Assembly: GCA_051294375.1 (NCBI GenBank)
Contig: CM119265.1
Location: 13,074,124 to 13,138,123, forward strand
Length of the DNA: 64,000 nt
From: Paraspadella gotoi
Taxonomy: Eukaryota; Animalia; Chaetognatha
Direction: 5' to 3'
Under the pieces are notes generated by a model that worked only from the letters and a program-made list of their open reading frames with translations, had not been told where the DNA came from and searched no databases. This document shows, one piece after another, positions 41,063 to 54,300 of this stretch (positions are counted from its first letter, which is position 1; every line of letters starts with the position of its first letter). Both the position numbers and the translations under genes were made by a program.

Positions 41063-44000
41063 GTCAAAGAAAAGATGACATTATGAACGCGTTCTCATGG
41101 TCTCGGCAACAGCGTCATCTGTTACGCATGATGAGACGTCAGAAATGGCAACCATCTATTCTATAGCGAGAATCGTTGAGCTTTTGTTTTCGAAACTAGC
41201 AAAAATCCATGAAGCGGATATTTAGAAAAATCAGACACTGATAATATCGTCACAAACGGTTTATGTTGTTGATAACTATGGAACATATGGCGTTGGCAAA
41301 ATTCATGCAAAATGGATAAAAAATATAAGCCAACTGTCTACTGTCAAGGCCTGTTCCACAGCATCATCAAGTCCAGCTTGCGGTTCTTTATCTTCTTAAG
41401 CGAAAATCAATACCGTGCCTGGGCTAGGATTTCTCCTTCAAATAAAAAAACAAACTAAACAAAAAAAAAGAAAGCCAAGCGTCTATATAAAAACCACAAA
41501 AACAAAAAACGGAAGCCACGCTAATTACAGAGATAAATTAGTCGAAGCCACTCGATTCCCGCCGCCATTCATTAGCCTAGCGCTAAACGAAACCGGCGCT
41601 GCTGGAAGCATCCACGAACGCCGCGGGATCGGAACCGGCGCGGCAAAAAAAAAGAGCGCGAAGTGAAGGGGTGGCGCTAAAACGAGAAACGAGGCTTCGG
41701 GTTAAAACGCGGGAGTTCTTTTGTAGGTTCTATAGCGTCGATTGCTCTTTTTTTTGGGAGGGACTCTCATGAGCAGAAACAACGAGAAAATTCTCTCCAC
41801 CACCGCCAGAGGCGCATCAAACCGACTGATAGATTTCTTTTTTTACTGTCAAAAATCTCTGCAGGAGGGGTAATCCTTGAATTAGCGCATAATTGCAAAA
41901 CGCCCAATATGAAAATTAAACCGGTATGACTTTAAACTGGATATTTAAAAAAAGTATTTATTTTTGGTCGAGATGACATAAATTTAAATGTTTTATACTA
42001 GAACTCATTTCCGCTTTCGCAGAGAGTTAACCAGTTAACCTTCACTATTACCATCATAAAATAAGCAACGAGGGGAGTATGCCACAGTCGGGCCGACCGA
42101 CAAATCCGAGGTTCGAACCCTTCCCACTTCCCCATAAACGAGGCCTTAATTGTTCTCTTGTTTATCCTTGGACCATTGAAAAACGCTACGAGTCGTTCAC
42201 TGCGTGGACGCCCGGCAGATGTCGGGGGCAACATCATAAACAAACAACGATAAAAGTCAAACATCGGAGAAAAAGAGAAGAAAGAGCGGGAAAGGGCATT
42301 TAATTCTAATTTAACTTAAATTTCGTATGCGTAATTGCACATCGCACCGATATGTACTTGTTTATTCAAGTTCACGCCGGAGTTTAAAATTAAAAGAATA
42401 AAATTTGAAGAGAAGCCTGGGGCCTAGATGTGATATATAATATATATCGCATCTAGGGTCCATAATCCATATATACTAATAAAGAAAATACTTACTGCAG
42501 AAAAAGAAAGCCATTTAAACATTATAAATAGGTTAAAGAAAGTAAGAAAAGTCGGAAGGATGCCGAGAGCCCACCTGGACAGAATATATATTTTTTCAAC
42601 AATATTTTCATTTTCGTATTAAATGTTAGGAACCATAATGATTATATTTACTCATGATTTTCATTGGTATACTTAATACTTTTCCAATTTGCAGTGTCCG
42701 CGATTGATCCTTAATTGTTGAATTTTATAAAATTATCTTTTTATCTTTAGTGCCATCAGTGCAATTAGTCTTGCTCAATGCTCACTTATCGTTTGAATGT
42801 CAAATTGTTTCTTTTATTGTTTTATCGTTTTATCTTTTTATCGTTTTATATTTTTATAGTCTTAACTGTCAAATTGTCTCTTTTATTTCAGAAAAAAAAA
42901 TCGTATTAAATCGATGTGACAATTACGATATTTTTCATAAATACCGAAAAAAAAAATATTTTGAATCAGTTTGAAGATTTGCGGGGATGAAACTGTCGAT
43001 GACGCTGAACGCGCGCGAAGACCAAAATCGATGAATGGACGAAATCGTTGGTTCAATGAGAAAAAAAAATCACGCCGATGGCGACGTTGTCTTTCGCGAG
43101 ACTCAAATAAAAAAAGAATAGTGAGTTAAATCTAGTATGAAAGATATTTTAATTAAGAAAAAAAAACACATTCTTCGTAAATTATAAATCTAACGTTTTT
43201 TTCCCTTTTTTTGACCAGTTTTGTCAATTCGCTAACTTGGGCACGTCCCTTTATTGATGAGACCTGTAAAGTGTGCCTCTTTAAGCTCTAGAGAAACAGG
43301 TTTTCTAAAAAGCAGAAAAGAGAGATCTACAGTAAATACCACCAAAAGAAAAAAAAACATATTTGCGGTAGCTAAAAATCTGTAAAATAACTCCATGCGA
43401 ATTCCTACAATAAATATACGATAAAAGAATAAAGGCGAGGTGATAAAAAAGTAATTTGCTCGAATAATGCCTCAAAATCGCGGCAAATATTCGAACACTT
43501 AGGGAATGATTAGGGTACCCATCTTATAAAAGGCAAATCAATTTTTTTTGATAATTTTGTCCACACAAAGAACAAGGTTTATATTGTACGTGCATACTTT
43601 GAAACAGGGTTTTCATTACCTAATTCATTTATTTATTACTTTTATGTTATCATTCCGTTGTGAATCTATATATTTGTAATTTGATATGAATAAAAACAAA
43701 GCGTATTAATAACATTAACTGATGCTTAAGGCTCATTTGATTTTGAAGTACAGCATAAGATCTTAATTGTATCATAATTAAATATTTCTTGTTATATACT
43801 AAATTCATACTAAGCATACAAATTTATTTATAACTCATTATTAAAATTGTAAAAGAACTATTATTAGAACTAGTATTATAAAGATGAAATCGTAGGGAAA
43901 TTATCGGATTGATATATTAAAACTAGGAAGAACAAAATGTATGAAATTTTTAAACACAAAATTAAATTTTTCAGAGCTTATTTCAAATTAATTTAATTTG

Positions 44001-46748
44001 TACCACGCTGGAATACATATTCTATTATACATTCTTTTTCTAAAATATATTTATAAAATTTAAATGTTTCTATACGTACAAAGAGACAGATAAATCGACC
44101 TACCAAAACAGTATTTGACATAAACGTCCTCTCTGGACGCGACATAAAAATTAATAAGCAGCCTGTAAAGCAAACACTAGTGACAAGAAAAACTTGAATT
44201 ACTAAATCAACAAAATCTCAATGGGAAAGTGTAAAATTTGAACAAAGCAAACTTTTAAAGCGGTAAGCAATCGTTTTTATTCAATTTCAAAATCCCAAAC
44301 GTAAAATCGAAAATGGAAAAGGAAAAATAAAATTGGGTGACGGGTAAGGATGATCCCAAGTGGAGAAGGAATTCAAAGTCTTGGCGCTAGAAGTTAAAAG
44401 AACCGGTTTATGAATATTTTCTTTGTGCGATATCGTGCGAAGGCGCGAATTACAATTAAAAGGACCTTTGTTCGCGATTTTCTTAGGAATTGATTGAAAT
44501 TTGTATCTTTAAAGTTGTAGGTATTTAAGGTAAACGGTGTTTTTTTTTTAAATTAAATTAAAGTCATTAGATACTTTCTTGACATAGTATTCAGAAAGTC
44601 AAACCCAGAACGACAATCAACCTATGTGCAATGTTATACTATTCCAACGATATATACTTCCATATTGGATAAATTTGTATTAAATTATTTCAATTTTGCG
44701 AGTCAATGCCCTCTCTTGCCTTGTCCAAAGAGGACAGGCGCTTGTCAGGCAACGCCAGACAAACAAGGCCCGTCTGTGTTCATCATACGTTTTTTTTGTA
44801 ACGGAAGGTAATTACAGTTCAGACCAGGTGCCGCACAATGGAAATATATTACGCCTTTTTTACATTAGTGATTAAGGTGGTCCGTCGCCTTTTGCTGCCA
44901 CAGGATCAGTTGTTTGATAGAATTCGAGTGGCAAAGTGAAAGATGAGAATTTCGTTTATATATTCGAAAGGATAAAATGTGAAGAGAATCTCCCAACAAA
45001 GTTTGATATACAAATATTAGTTATATACTTACTTTGACTGTCGTGACCGCATCCGCGTTTCTCCTTTTCCTTATGCGACTATATTGGAAAAAGAGGTGAA
45101 ATCAAACAAACGGCCAAGAAAAACAGAAGCGATAACACAAGTCGCGCGAGAGAGCACCGCGCCGTCGAGTTGGTCTACTTCTATTTGTTCATCCATTTCT
45201 AGACCATAATGGCATAAAGGAATTAATTAAAGACACAACGAACCATTTCCCAGACGGCGTCTCGAATTTCGTCAAAAGGGAATGAACGTTGGATTCAGCC
45301 AATCGTGACTTCTCCTCATCCCTCGTTACTTCATCGGAGAAGGTCAGACTCAGCTTGACCTTTTTGAAAAAGGCAGACCCTTCACAGTTCGGGTATCGCG
45401 TGCGGAAATGATTTTATTTTTCCGTTTATTTTAAACGACATCTATGATCTAAATCCGCATTCGCTTGAGAAAGTTGCCTTTTTAGAGAAGCGCGCGTGCC
45501 AATATTGAAAGGGAAACCAACGATGGAAAAACCTAAAGATGTCACGCAGTTTATTGCCATCGCTGAGGGAGACATTTTGAGTCTCAGACCTAGTAACTAT
45601 TTTAGTTTGTTAGGTATTTAAGTAGAACGTCTTCGAGATGTTAGTTTAGTTGTTTTTTTTAGTATTTTTTTAAAAGTTTTGAGTTTAACCACGCCTCCAC
45701 CAAATCTCCACGGAGACTCAATTTAAGAATACGCCGAGGAGAACACGCGCTAAGTGAACAGATGGAAAGAAAATCTATCGGGTCGGAGCGAAGACGTGAT
45801 TTTGGTTCCTTTGGTTTATGGCTTTTTCTATGACTTTACTTTTTCAGTCAGGCTCTTTTGAATAAGGTATTTTTAGGATTATAATACTTAATAATAATAT
45901 GCAAAAATATACCAGTAAATTTACATAGATTGGACCGAACATTAAAAACAACTTTAAAAACTAATAAAAAAGGAAATAAAAGAATAATATTAACATTTTT
46001 AAAATCATGTATCATGTACCTTCCTCATGTCAGATGTTAAAAATATTTATCATGTTTAAAATATACAACTTGTTTTAAAAAGTTTATAAAAAAAGCGTAA
46101 CCTTATTTGAAACGTTGACTTTTGGAAAGCTGCGTCTTAAACATCGACCTTTGAGCTAAAGCGCTCGGTCGAGGAAAAACCTTTCTAAAGAAACAAAAGC
46201 GCAAGAACGTAAAAAGTAAATACATAAAAGGAAAAAAAAAGAAGGAACCTCAAAAGGAGGGAAATGGGGCAGAATTTGTGGCCGATGCTAAACGATGGCC
46301 CCGAAGAATCCCTGGGCTCAAAGCGAAGCGAGGCACAAAAGAGTTCGCGTGGCTTCATATAAAAATAACCCTTTTTTGCCGTTTTCGATGCCAAGACAAT
46401 GAAGAACGCTCCGAAAAACTAGGAATGCTCTTGCAGGCGAACCGAAAGTTTTTATGAATTTGTCGGGCAAAAATATGGGTTGTCTAACCGATAGAGAGAG
46501 AGAAAGAGAGAGAGAGTGAGAGTGGAAACTGGCTGGACAGAATCAACAATCCTCTCTCCCTCTTGACCCATAGATAAAACAACGAACGAATAAACACGAG
46601 AGACGTATTGTATATTGCTATGTATATATTGTATATTGCATGATGCAAGCTAAGGGCACGAATAAACGAGAGAACAACGGGAAAAGAAAAGAAAAAAAAT
46701 GTAATTAACCTTTTTGAAAACGCAGAACAAAAAGGAGACTGTCCGACG

Positions 46749-46764
46749 GACGATCCTCTCCATC

Positions 46765-46804
<40 letters not shown>

Positions 46805-46817
46805 GATCCTCTCCATC
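46749..46817 (+). repeat. (AGAC)9 microsatellite flanked by a perfect 16-bp direct repeat
   Basis: gacgatcctctccatc occurs at 46749-46764 and 46802-46817. Confidence 0.9.
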
Positions 46818-48288
46818 GAGGCGCGTCATGGAAAGTAATCTGCTCCGTTATTTGTTGTTGTCGTCGTAGTTGTTATTGCATTGAATTCCTTGAAATCGTT
46901 CAGTTCTTCGTCGTCGTCGTCGTCGTCGTCAGCGCTTGAAGATTTGAACGACCTTTTCAAGGTTATCGGGCTTGACCGGAGCGGCGGGAGGAAAGGGATG
47001 AGAAAGTCGACTACGCGAATAAAACTCGAGAAGAAAATTAAAAGAAGAGATCCCACGTTCGTGTCCAACGGATTTTATCATTTCGTCCCCGAAATTCGAA
47101 ACCTTTTTAACTTTCGCGAATTTTCAGGTTTTTTCAAGATGGCGAAAGTCGGCGCGAGCGTGCGCATCGACAATTTTTCTGGGAAAATCGCAAAGATCAG
47201 ATCTTCATTTCTTGAATGAAAAATTTAAGATTATTTAAAAAAAATAGGGATTCCTAATTTAAAGAACGAGCAAATGATTACCCCCGGCTGGACCCGTTCC
47301 CAAGGAATTAACATGAAAACGTCTTTGATCATACATAAAAATATTAAAATGGACGTATAAAAATTATCGAGGAATATTCTCGATTCTGAGAATGATTTTA
47401 ATTCTTTTTTCTCTTTTTTGTTTTTACTTTACTCGTCCTTTTTTATTCGAAAAATAGTTAATTATTGGGCATATATTAACACGCCCACACAAAATCCGTC
47501 AATCACAGAGTAATTCGGAATAAATTTTAAGTTTTGAATGAAAACAAGTATTGTATGGACAGATGGTTGAGTTTTGTAAACCGGTTCGACGTTTCAAAAG
47601 AATGTCAAAGGAAGAAAGAGAAAATGCCAAACAAACCACATCAGACGGGCCATGATGCCGTGATTAATGATGCAGTCGTAGATTATCTCATGTTTTTCTT
47701 TTATCATTCTGTTTAAATTAGATCACAAATTCGTCATGTCATCTCTGCGACCATAAAAACTGAAAACAAATTAAATTATAATTAAGCGAATGCAAATAAA
47801 TTATTTTAAATATGATAATCAAGAGGAGAAAAAGTATAATAATAAATGATAATAAAAAAAAGGAAATTAAGATTTTAAAAGTTAACTTTTTAACTTCTAG
47901 TTTTAATAGTAGCTTTGGAAGACTGAGCTAATCAGATTTAAATGTCAGTCTTAGTAAAGATTAGGTAAACAAAAACGGACAAAAAGAAGACTAACACAAC
48001 CAGATTTAAAAAGTAACGAAAATGAGACTTCTTGCGTTTTCTTTTTTTAAATGAATTAAAGTGATTAAACCTGACGAGAAGAACGAAGGATTGCTAAACA
48101 TAACCAAGTTTGGATTTTTTAATCACTCGCTTCATCCTCCAACGTACAGAAATGTACACTATGTAGTATCAAATTTGTGGACAAAACCAAAATTAGTTGT
48201 GTAAGAATTGGAACACTCTCTTTTTATTTTGTCTTTATCATTTTTCTTGAAGTCATTTCTCATCCGCTCTTCATTTCTTCCTCCATTA

Positions 48289-48562
48289 CTCCCTTTTTCC
48301 TTTCTTTACTTTTTCCTTTCTTTCCTTTTTCCTTTCTTTCCTTTTTCTTTTCTTTCCTTTTTCCTTTCCTTCCTTTTTCCTTTCTTTCCTTTTTCTTTTC
48401 TTTCCTTTTTCTTCTTTCCTTTTTCCTTTCTTTCCTTTTTCCTTCCTTTTTTTTTCCTTTTTCCTTTCCTTCCTTTTTCCTTTCCTTCCTTTTTCCTTTC
48501 TTTCCTTTTTCTTTTCTTTCCTTTTTCTTCTTTCCTTTTTCCTTTCTTTCCTTTTTCCTCCT
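48289..48562 (+). repeat. Almost pure polypyrimidine tract built of ttcctttt/ctttc units
   Basis: About 270 bp with almost no purines. Confidence 0.9.
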
Positions 48563-49477
48563 TGCACATTTTCCTCAACCGGCCCCGCTTTCCTCCCTGC
48601 CTCTCCTTCGTCTTTTATTTTTAATCTCAACTCACATCCATCACGTGAATGTGGAGGAGGAGGAGATAGAGGACAGGGGTGGTGCTCGACCAATTAGGAG
48701 GAACGGAGTTTGGGTGGAGTTTGTGTGCGTTTGAGAATTAAAATGGTGACTGGCGAGAGTGAGTTCAATTCCATGAGGAATTCACTATAAAGAGAGTGTT
48801 AGAAGTTTTAACAACTTCTTTTCAAGTGTGCAAGGGGAAGTCATGGTCTCTTTCTTTCTCTCTCTCTCTCTCTCACTTTCTGCTTCTTTAAGCAAACGAA
48901 AATCTCCACCGTTGATAAATTGAGCGTCTTCTAACTTTGACGCTTGGCAAGAAAAAATTACTGAACGATTTTTCAAAAAAATTTCAAGAGCATAGATTAG
49001 ATTAGCTATAGATTTGATCAAATTCCGGTTATATGTTGAAAATTTCCTTTATTTAGTACCACTTTGCTATTTATATGGATTCTAAAAAATAAAAAAAAAT
49101 ACAAACACGGAAAGGCAATTTCGTTTTATAGTAAGAACCACGATTTTTCCATGTTCATTAAATTTTTAATTATACAATTATTTTACGTAGCTTGATTCAT
49201 TAAAATTTATCAGACATCAATCGAAAGTTAACTGCCACGCAGAGACGCAGTACGCACTGACGAGTCTTCCAAAACTTAGATGCAAATAAGAACGAATTAA
49301 TATCGAGATGGACGAAATTTTTCATCAAAAATGAACGAAAAATTATCAATTATGTTATATTATATACAACGTTCAAAATATAACTCGTATTACTTGCTAC
49401 CGCTTTCTGTTTTAAGATCAAGACAGACATGAAGTTTGAAAATTCAACAAAATTCCGAGGATCGAAAATCCAATGAT

Positions 49478-51341
49478 TCACAACATCGCCTTCGCCGTGA
49501 CCTCGTAGAACTCGGGCACCCTGAGCAGAGGCTTTCTCCCATCCAAAGCCGGCATGGCGCAGCCTTGGGCCAGGCGGAACTCGACCCGCTGCAGCATCCG
49601 CACCACGAATATGTAGATCTCCAGCTTGGCCAACTTCTCACCGACGCAACGACGATAGGCGTGGCCAAAAGCCATGAGGTTCTCGTTCCTGACGTATTTG
49701 CCGTCTTCGTCGAGGAAGCGATCGGGGTCGAAGGTCATGGGGTCGCGCCAAAGGGCGGGGTCGTGGTGGATTCCCCAGATGTTTGGGGCGGTCAGCTGGG
49801 AGTCGGTAATGTCGTAGCTGAAGGAGGGAAATGAGGTGCATTAGATTGAATTCATATCACAATTCCAAACAAACAACCAACAAACAAACAAACCCAGCGA
49901 ATCTGACGATCGGCTTGAGCGCTTTATGCGGCAGAGGGAAATCGGCGACCGTGGATCGCCGCAACACTTCGTCAACGAAGGCTTGGAGGTAGTGACACTT
50001 GTGGATCAGAGGCAAAGACGGAGTTCCGTCGGGACCGATTATCTGGGTATGGGATTGGGGTCGATGAATTTATTGGAAAATAAGGAAAACCGATGCCTTC
50101 TCGCTTCTCAGTCCTCACCTCGTCAATTTCCACCATCAGTTTATTCCTGATTTCCGGATGCTTGAGTTGCCAAGCGATGGCCCAGTTGAGCGCCGAAGAG
50201 GTCGTGTCGGTGCCGCCGTTGAAGAGATCGAGGATGTTCTGCCTGACGTTGGAGTCGTTGAGATGCTCGGCTCCCGGACGTCGTCGTCGTTCGATGACGA
50301 TGGCGTCGATAAAGTCGCGTGGATCGTCGGGATCGATCGAGGCCTCGTGCGCCGCCACCGATTCGTCGATGAATGCCTTCAAGTCCTTTGTCGCCTTCAT
50401 GATCTCCTTCAATCTCTTCGTCGGAAAAAGCTTCATCGTGACGGGCAAGAAGTTGTAGAAGGGGTTGAGCATGATGTAGAGGAATCCGTCGGTCAGGGTC
50501 TTCATATTATCGTGGACGGGAGATTCGACGCCGATCTCCCATCGGCGACTGAAGACGAGATTGGCGATCACGTTGGAGATGGCGATGCGAAGGAAGGGCG
50601 CCGGTTCGAAGGCGGCGCCATTTGTGGCTAGGACGGCGTCGACGAAGGCGTCCGCTTCGGCCACAACCTTTTTTTTAAGGGATTGATTACAGAAATAAAA
50701 CTGATTCTATTCTCAGTTTTCAATCTGCACTCAGCAATCACGACTCCATGTAATGATTATACCAATGCTCACCTTATCCTCCATCTGGACCCTGCCAAAG
50801 CCAAGGGCGGACAGACTGCTCAGAGTAAACTTGTGCAGCTCCTTCCAGACGGGCGACCAAGTCTGTCCGGCGATTCCAGTCAAATCCGGGTTGAGGACTC
50901 TCATTATCCCGCTGTCCGTCTCGTCGCGTCCGGCGAAGTCTCGTTCGGACAAGAAGTCGCGCGCCATCTTCGCGTCGTTGATGACGATGAACAAAGGGAT
51001 TCCGGGCAGGAGGCTAAAGTATTGGGTAGGGGAATGTTTAGCAAAAGCGTTCCTTCCTTCAAAAAGAAAATTCCTTCTTTTTATTTTCCAAAAGCCGAAG
51101 ATCATAAACCGCGCAGACGAGGAACTAACCGCATTTCGTAAATTGGTCCGTATTTCTCGCGCGCCTCGAACATCGTCTTGGCGATGGTCTCCGTGGGCGT
51201 GGTGAGGTTTCCTAGCAACCAGTGACCCGGTGGCCCCGAAGGAACCGGACGTTCGGGTCTACGACGAAGGAGGAATTTGGCGAGAAAAAAGAGGACGAGG
51301 AGAGTCGGAGCGATGGTCAACCAAGCTAATGTGAAAGCCAT
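49478..51341 (-). CDS. Microsomal cytochrome P450, clan 2-like (CYP1/2/17 type), 496 aa
   Basis: Exons 51341-51130, 51013-50773, 50667-50119, 50042-49894, 49817-49478 (1491 nt, phases consistent). N-terminal membrane anchor, then basic RRR and the PSGPPG hinge. I-helix DLFNGGTDTTSSAL, K-helix EVLR, PDRF and heme loop FGHAYRRCVG. Confidence 0.93.
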
Positions 51342-54300
51342 CGTGACGAACGTTTAAAAATGGTTCGGATTTCTTAGTTATTACATCAGAGTTTCGGTAA
51401 TTGAAAGTTCATTTATTCCACGTTGTATTTGCCAAATTCCACTAAGTTTTCAAGAAAACGTTTCAGACAATTTTTTAAATCTTTTTATCTTTTTATCTTT
51501 TCGAAAACTTTTACGATTGTGGCAACTCGTCCAGACTAAACCTGCAAGCTCAAAGCTGTTTAAACCGAATTCTGACGCTGATTGGCTTAAAACTTTTCGA
51601 GCGCTCCGTCTTGTGTGGGGAAGGAAACCGGTTACGTTTTTTGTAATTTTATTGCCCTGGAACTATGCTTTTAAAACTCCTAATGTCCCCTTTTCCACAT
51701 TCCCCAGCTAAGTCTAAGTAATTTTCTAACTTACGTTCTACGAATTGTCTTCTCTTCTGCGATCTTAAAGAGAGGTAAGATAATGAAGATCGATGAAATT
51801 GGACACTGAACAATCTGAACAGCCTTTCTGGCTTAGAGAAACTAATGAATTTTTACGATGCGCTTTTGCTTTCTTTGATTATAAAACGGGCGATAGAGGA
51901 ACGCCGCTGTCAGTTAAAAAACAAAACATCACATTTTGAGTAAATCAAATTTGCCATTCTTATAAATATAATATTAAGGAAAAATTTAGAATAAAATTCT
52001 TAAAAGTTTCTGTAAAGTATACATAATTCAACTTAATGTAATAAGAAAGCCATAGGACTAGCACTTTACTTAAATTGTCGTTCGAAAACGCAATTTCGCT
52101 CCTCGCAAACGACTATTTTTTTATTTTTAAACCAATTAAACAGGCAAAATATAATAGCAAGAAAAATCATTGTAACAGTAATGTGATAAAGATGGAAGAA
52201 AGAGGAACGAATCACAACATAAAGGATAACTTCGTGGTGAAACCGTTTCGAGTGAATCGCTAACGTTAATGCAAAAGCGAATTAAAAAAAAAAAAAAAAA
52301 CAAAAGTAAAAATTTAAATCCTCCCCGGATTAAGTCCGAAGACGGGAAAGAAATTGAAGTTTAAACAAGAAGAGGAGGAAGGGCAGAGGAGAGGGGGTTG
52401 GAAATAAAAAGGGGGTCCGGGTGAGATAAAGTGGTAGAAGAGCTTGACGATGGTGAAAAATGTTGAAAGTGGTAAAAAGTATGGTAATGGAGGTAGTAAG
52501 AAGGGGCACGAGTATTTGAAGATTGTAAGAGAAGATCAGGGAGTTTGTAGATATTAAGGTAAGAGAGGAGATGCTGTGAGAAGAGGAAGCCCAACTTTAT
52601 GAAGTAAAGCCCTAGCTGCACTTTAATAAAGTGATTGGATGAGGAATCAAGTCTGACGTGGCCTGGGTAGGTGGAGGAGACCCAAGGGTTAGTTGGGAAA
52701 AACCCTCGCGGCCCAAAGGACGACGAAGAGGAGATAGAATGGTGCACTCCCGAAGGAGCAGTCGGAGGAAGAGGAGGAGCAGGAGGAGGAGGCTGGTAAG
52801 TACTTATTAAATTTCGGGAAAGTTGAGTTTGGAAGAGAAAAGAAAAATCCAAAGGGTGAGTCAATGACAAAGAAAGAGAATTGGATTCCTCCCGAGTTCT
52901 CCCAGGGCCTTTGACCCTGGAGATGAAGGACGATGAACTCGAAGATTAGAGAAGCTTCGCTTGAAAAATGAAGAGAAGGCAAGAGTAAAGAGCGCGGACA
53001 TCGTTTGAATAATGGGCTGAATGGCACTTTTGGCCGCATTTCGGTTTTAGGCCAGGCGTGTTTACTTGTTGGGCAAAAAACAAGATTAGGGATGGTCCAG
53101 TCTTTGGAGATGAGCACACTGTGACTATCTACTGGTGTCCATGCTGAGGATGCCGCCCACTCCACTGTGCACCGTGTGCAGGCGACACCCGAGCGGGAGG
53201 TAAGAAAGTCATTTTACGACATGTGGTTTTCCAAAAGGTCCTTCACAACATCGAGAAATCCTCGAAGCTCATTTGAAATTCAAATTTTCAAAAGCCCGAA
53301 AAAATTTAAGGAGCCAACGAGTTTCGTCTCGAGTACCAAAAATATGGGAATACACAATGGAATACTAAATGTTTTTCGTTACGAATGTAGCTTGATAGTT
53401 AACTCTGATTTCTCTGATTCTGAAGCAAGCCACCTTATTTCCATTTTTGACAAAAACGCAAGGAGACGTCGTTGAAAAGAAATTGCAAAAAATTCGATTT
53501 CGTCATGAAATCAGAGAAGAAGAGGCGACTCAAGGACAAAGACTTAAATCAGTTCCGCTCTTTTATTAGTTTTCTGCTTCGCCTCTCTGTATTTTTACTC
53601 TTCATGGATTTTGAGATTTTTCGCTTTAGTTTTTTAAATAATTTTATTTTGCATGTTTTTCATGGGATAATGGGAAAGTTTTGTAGGATTACATTTTGTA
53701 TCACGAATTTTCCAAATCTTAATAATAATATTGAATATAGTAATATTGAAAAAAATTTAACGATTTTTCTTCCCTAAAGTTGAGTGCCAATTGCCGAATG
53801 TCGGCTCTTTCTTGTCCGCTGTCAACGTTTCATGTTCCGAGTAGGGAATTTCGAGATCCATCATTGTTTTGACCAAAAAACTCGGTTCCTATACATTTTT
53901 TTAGGGCAACAATAAAACTTCCATCCGTATCTTTTATTGTTTTGGTCGGTCGGTCGGTCCGAAGAATGTATAAACAAAAATTGTTTCAGATTCGTGAGCA
54001 ATTCATCTTGGACGAAAATTTAAAAAAAAAAAATATTTTTCTCATTGAGCAAAAGGAGGGTCCCTTTGGCTTCATTTAACCTTCCCTTTCCTCTCCACTT
54101 TTCCTTTTCTTACATTAACTTGGTGCAACTTTGTTTCCTCCCGGCCCTTGCCCCTCGCCTCCGACCCGCGTGCGGAATTTAAGTAACTTTTGACTGATGA
54201 TGAAACGAAAACTTGTCCTAACTTCTTCGCTTTCCCGGACGAGAGAAGGAAATGATTAAAAAAAGAAGAGGCCCCGGAGAAACAACGACGTTACTAACCC

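Noticed and set aside
49436-51205. Plus-strand ORFs antisense to the P450 (and similar ones antisense to Slo1 exons)
   Set aside because: Shadow ORFs caused by the C-ending codon bias of the real exons.
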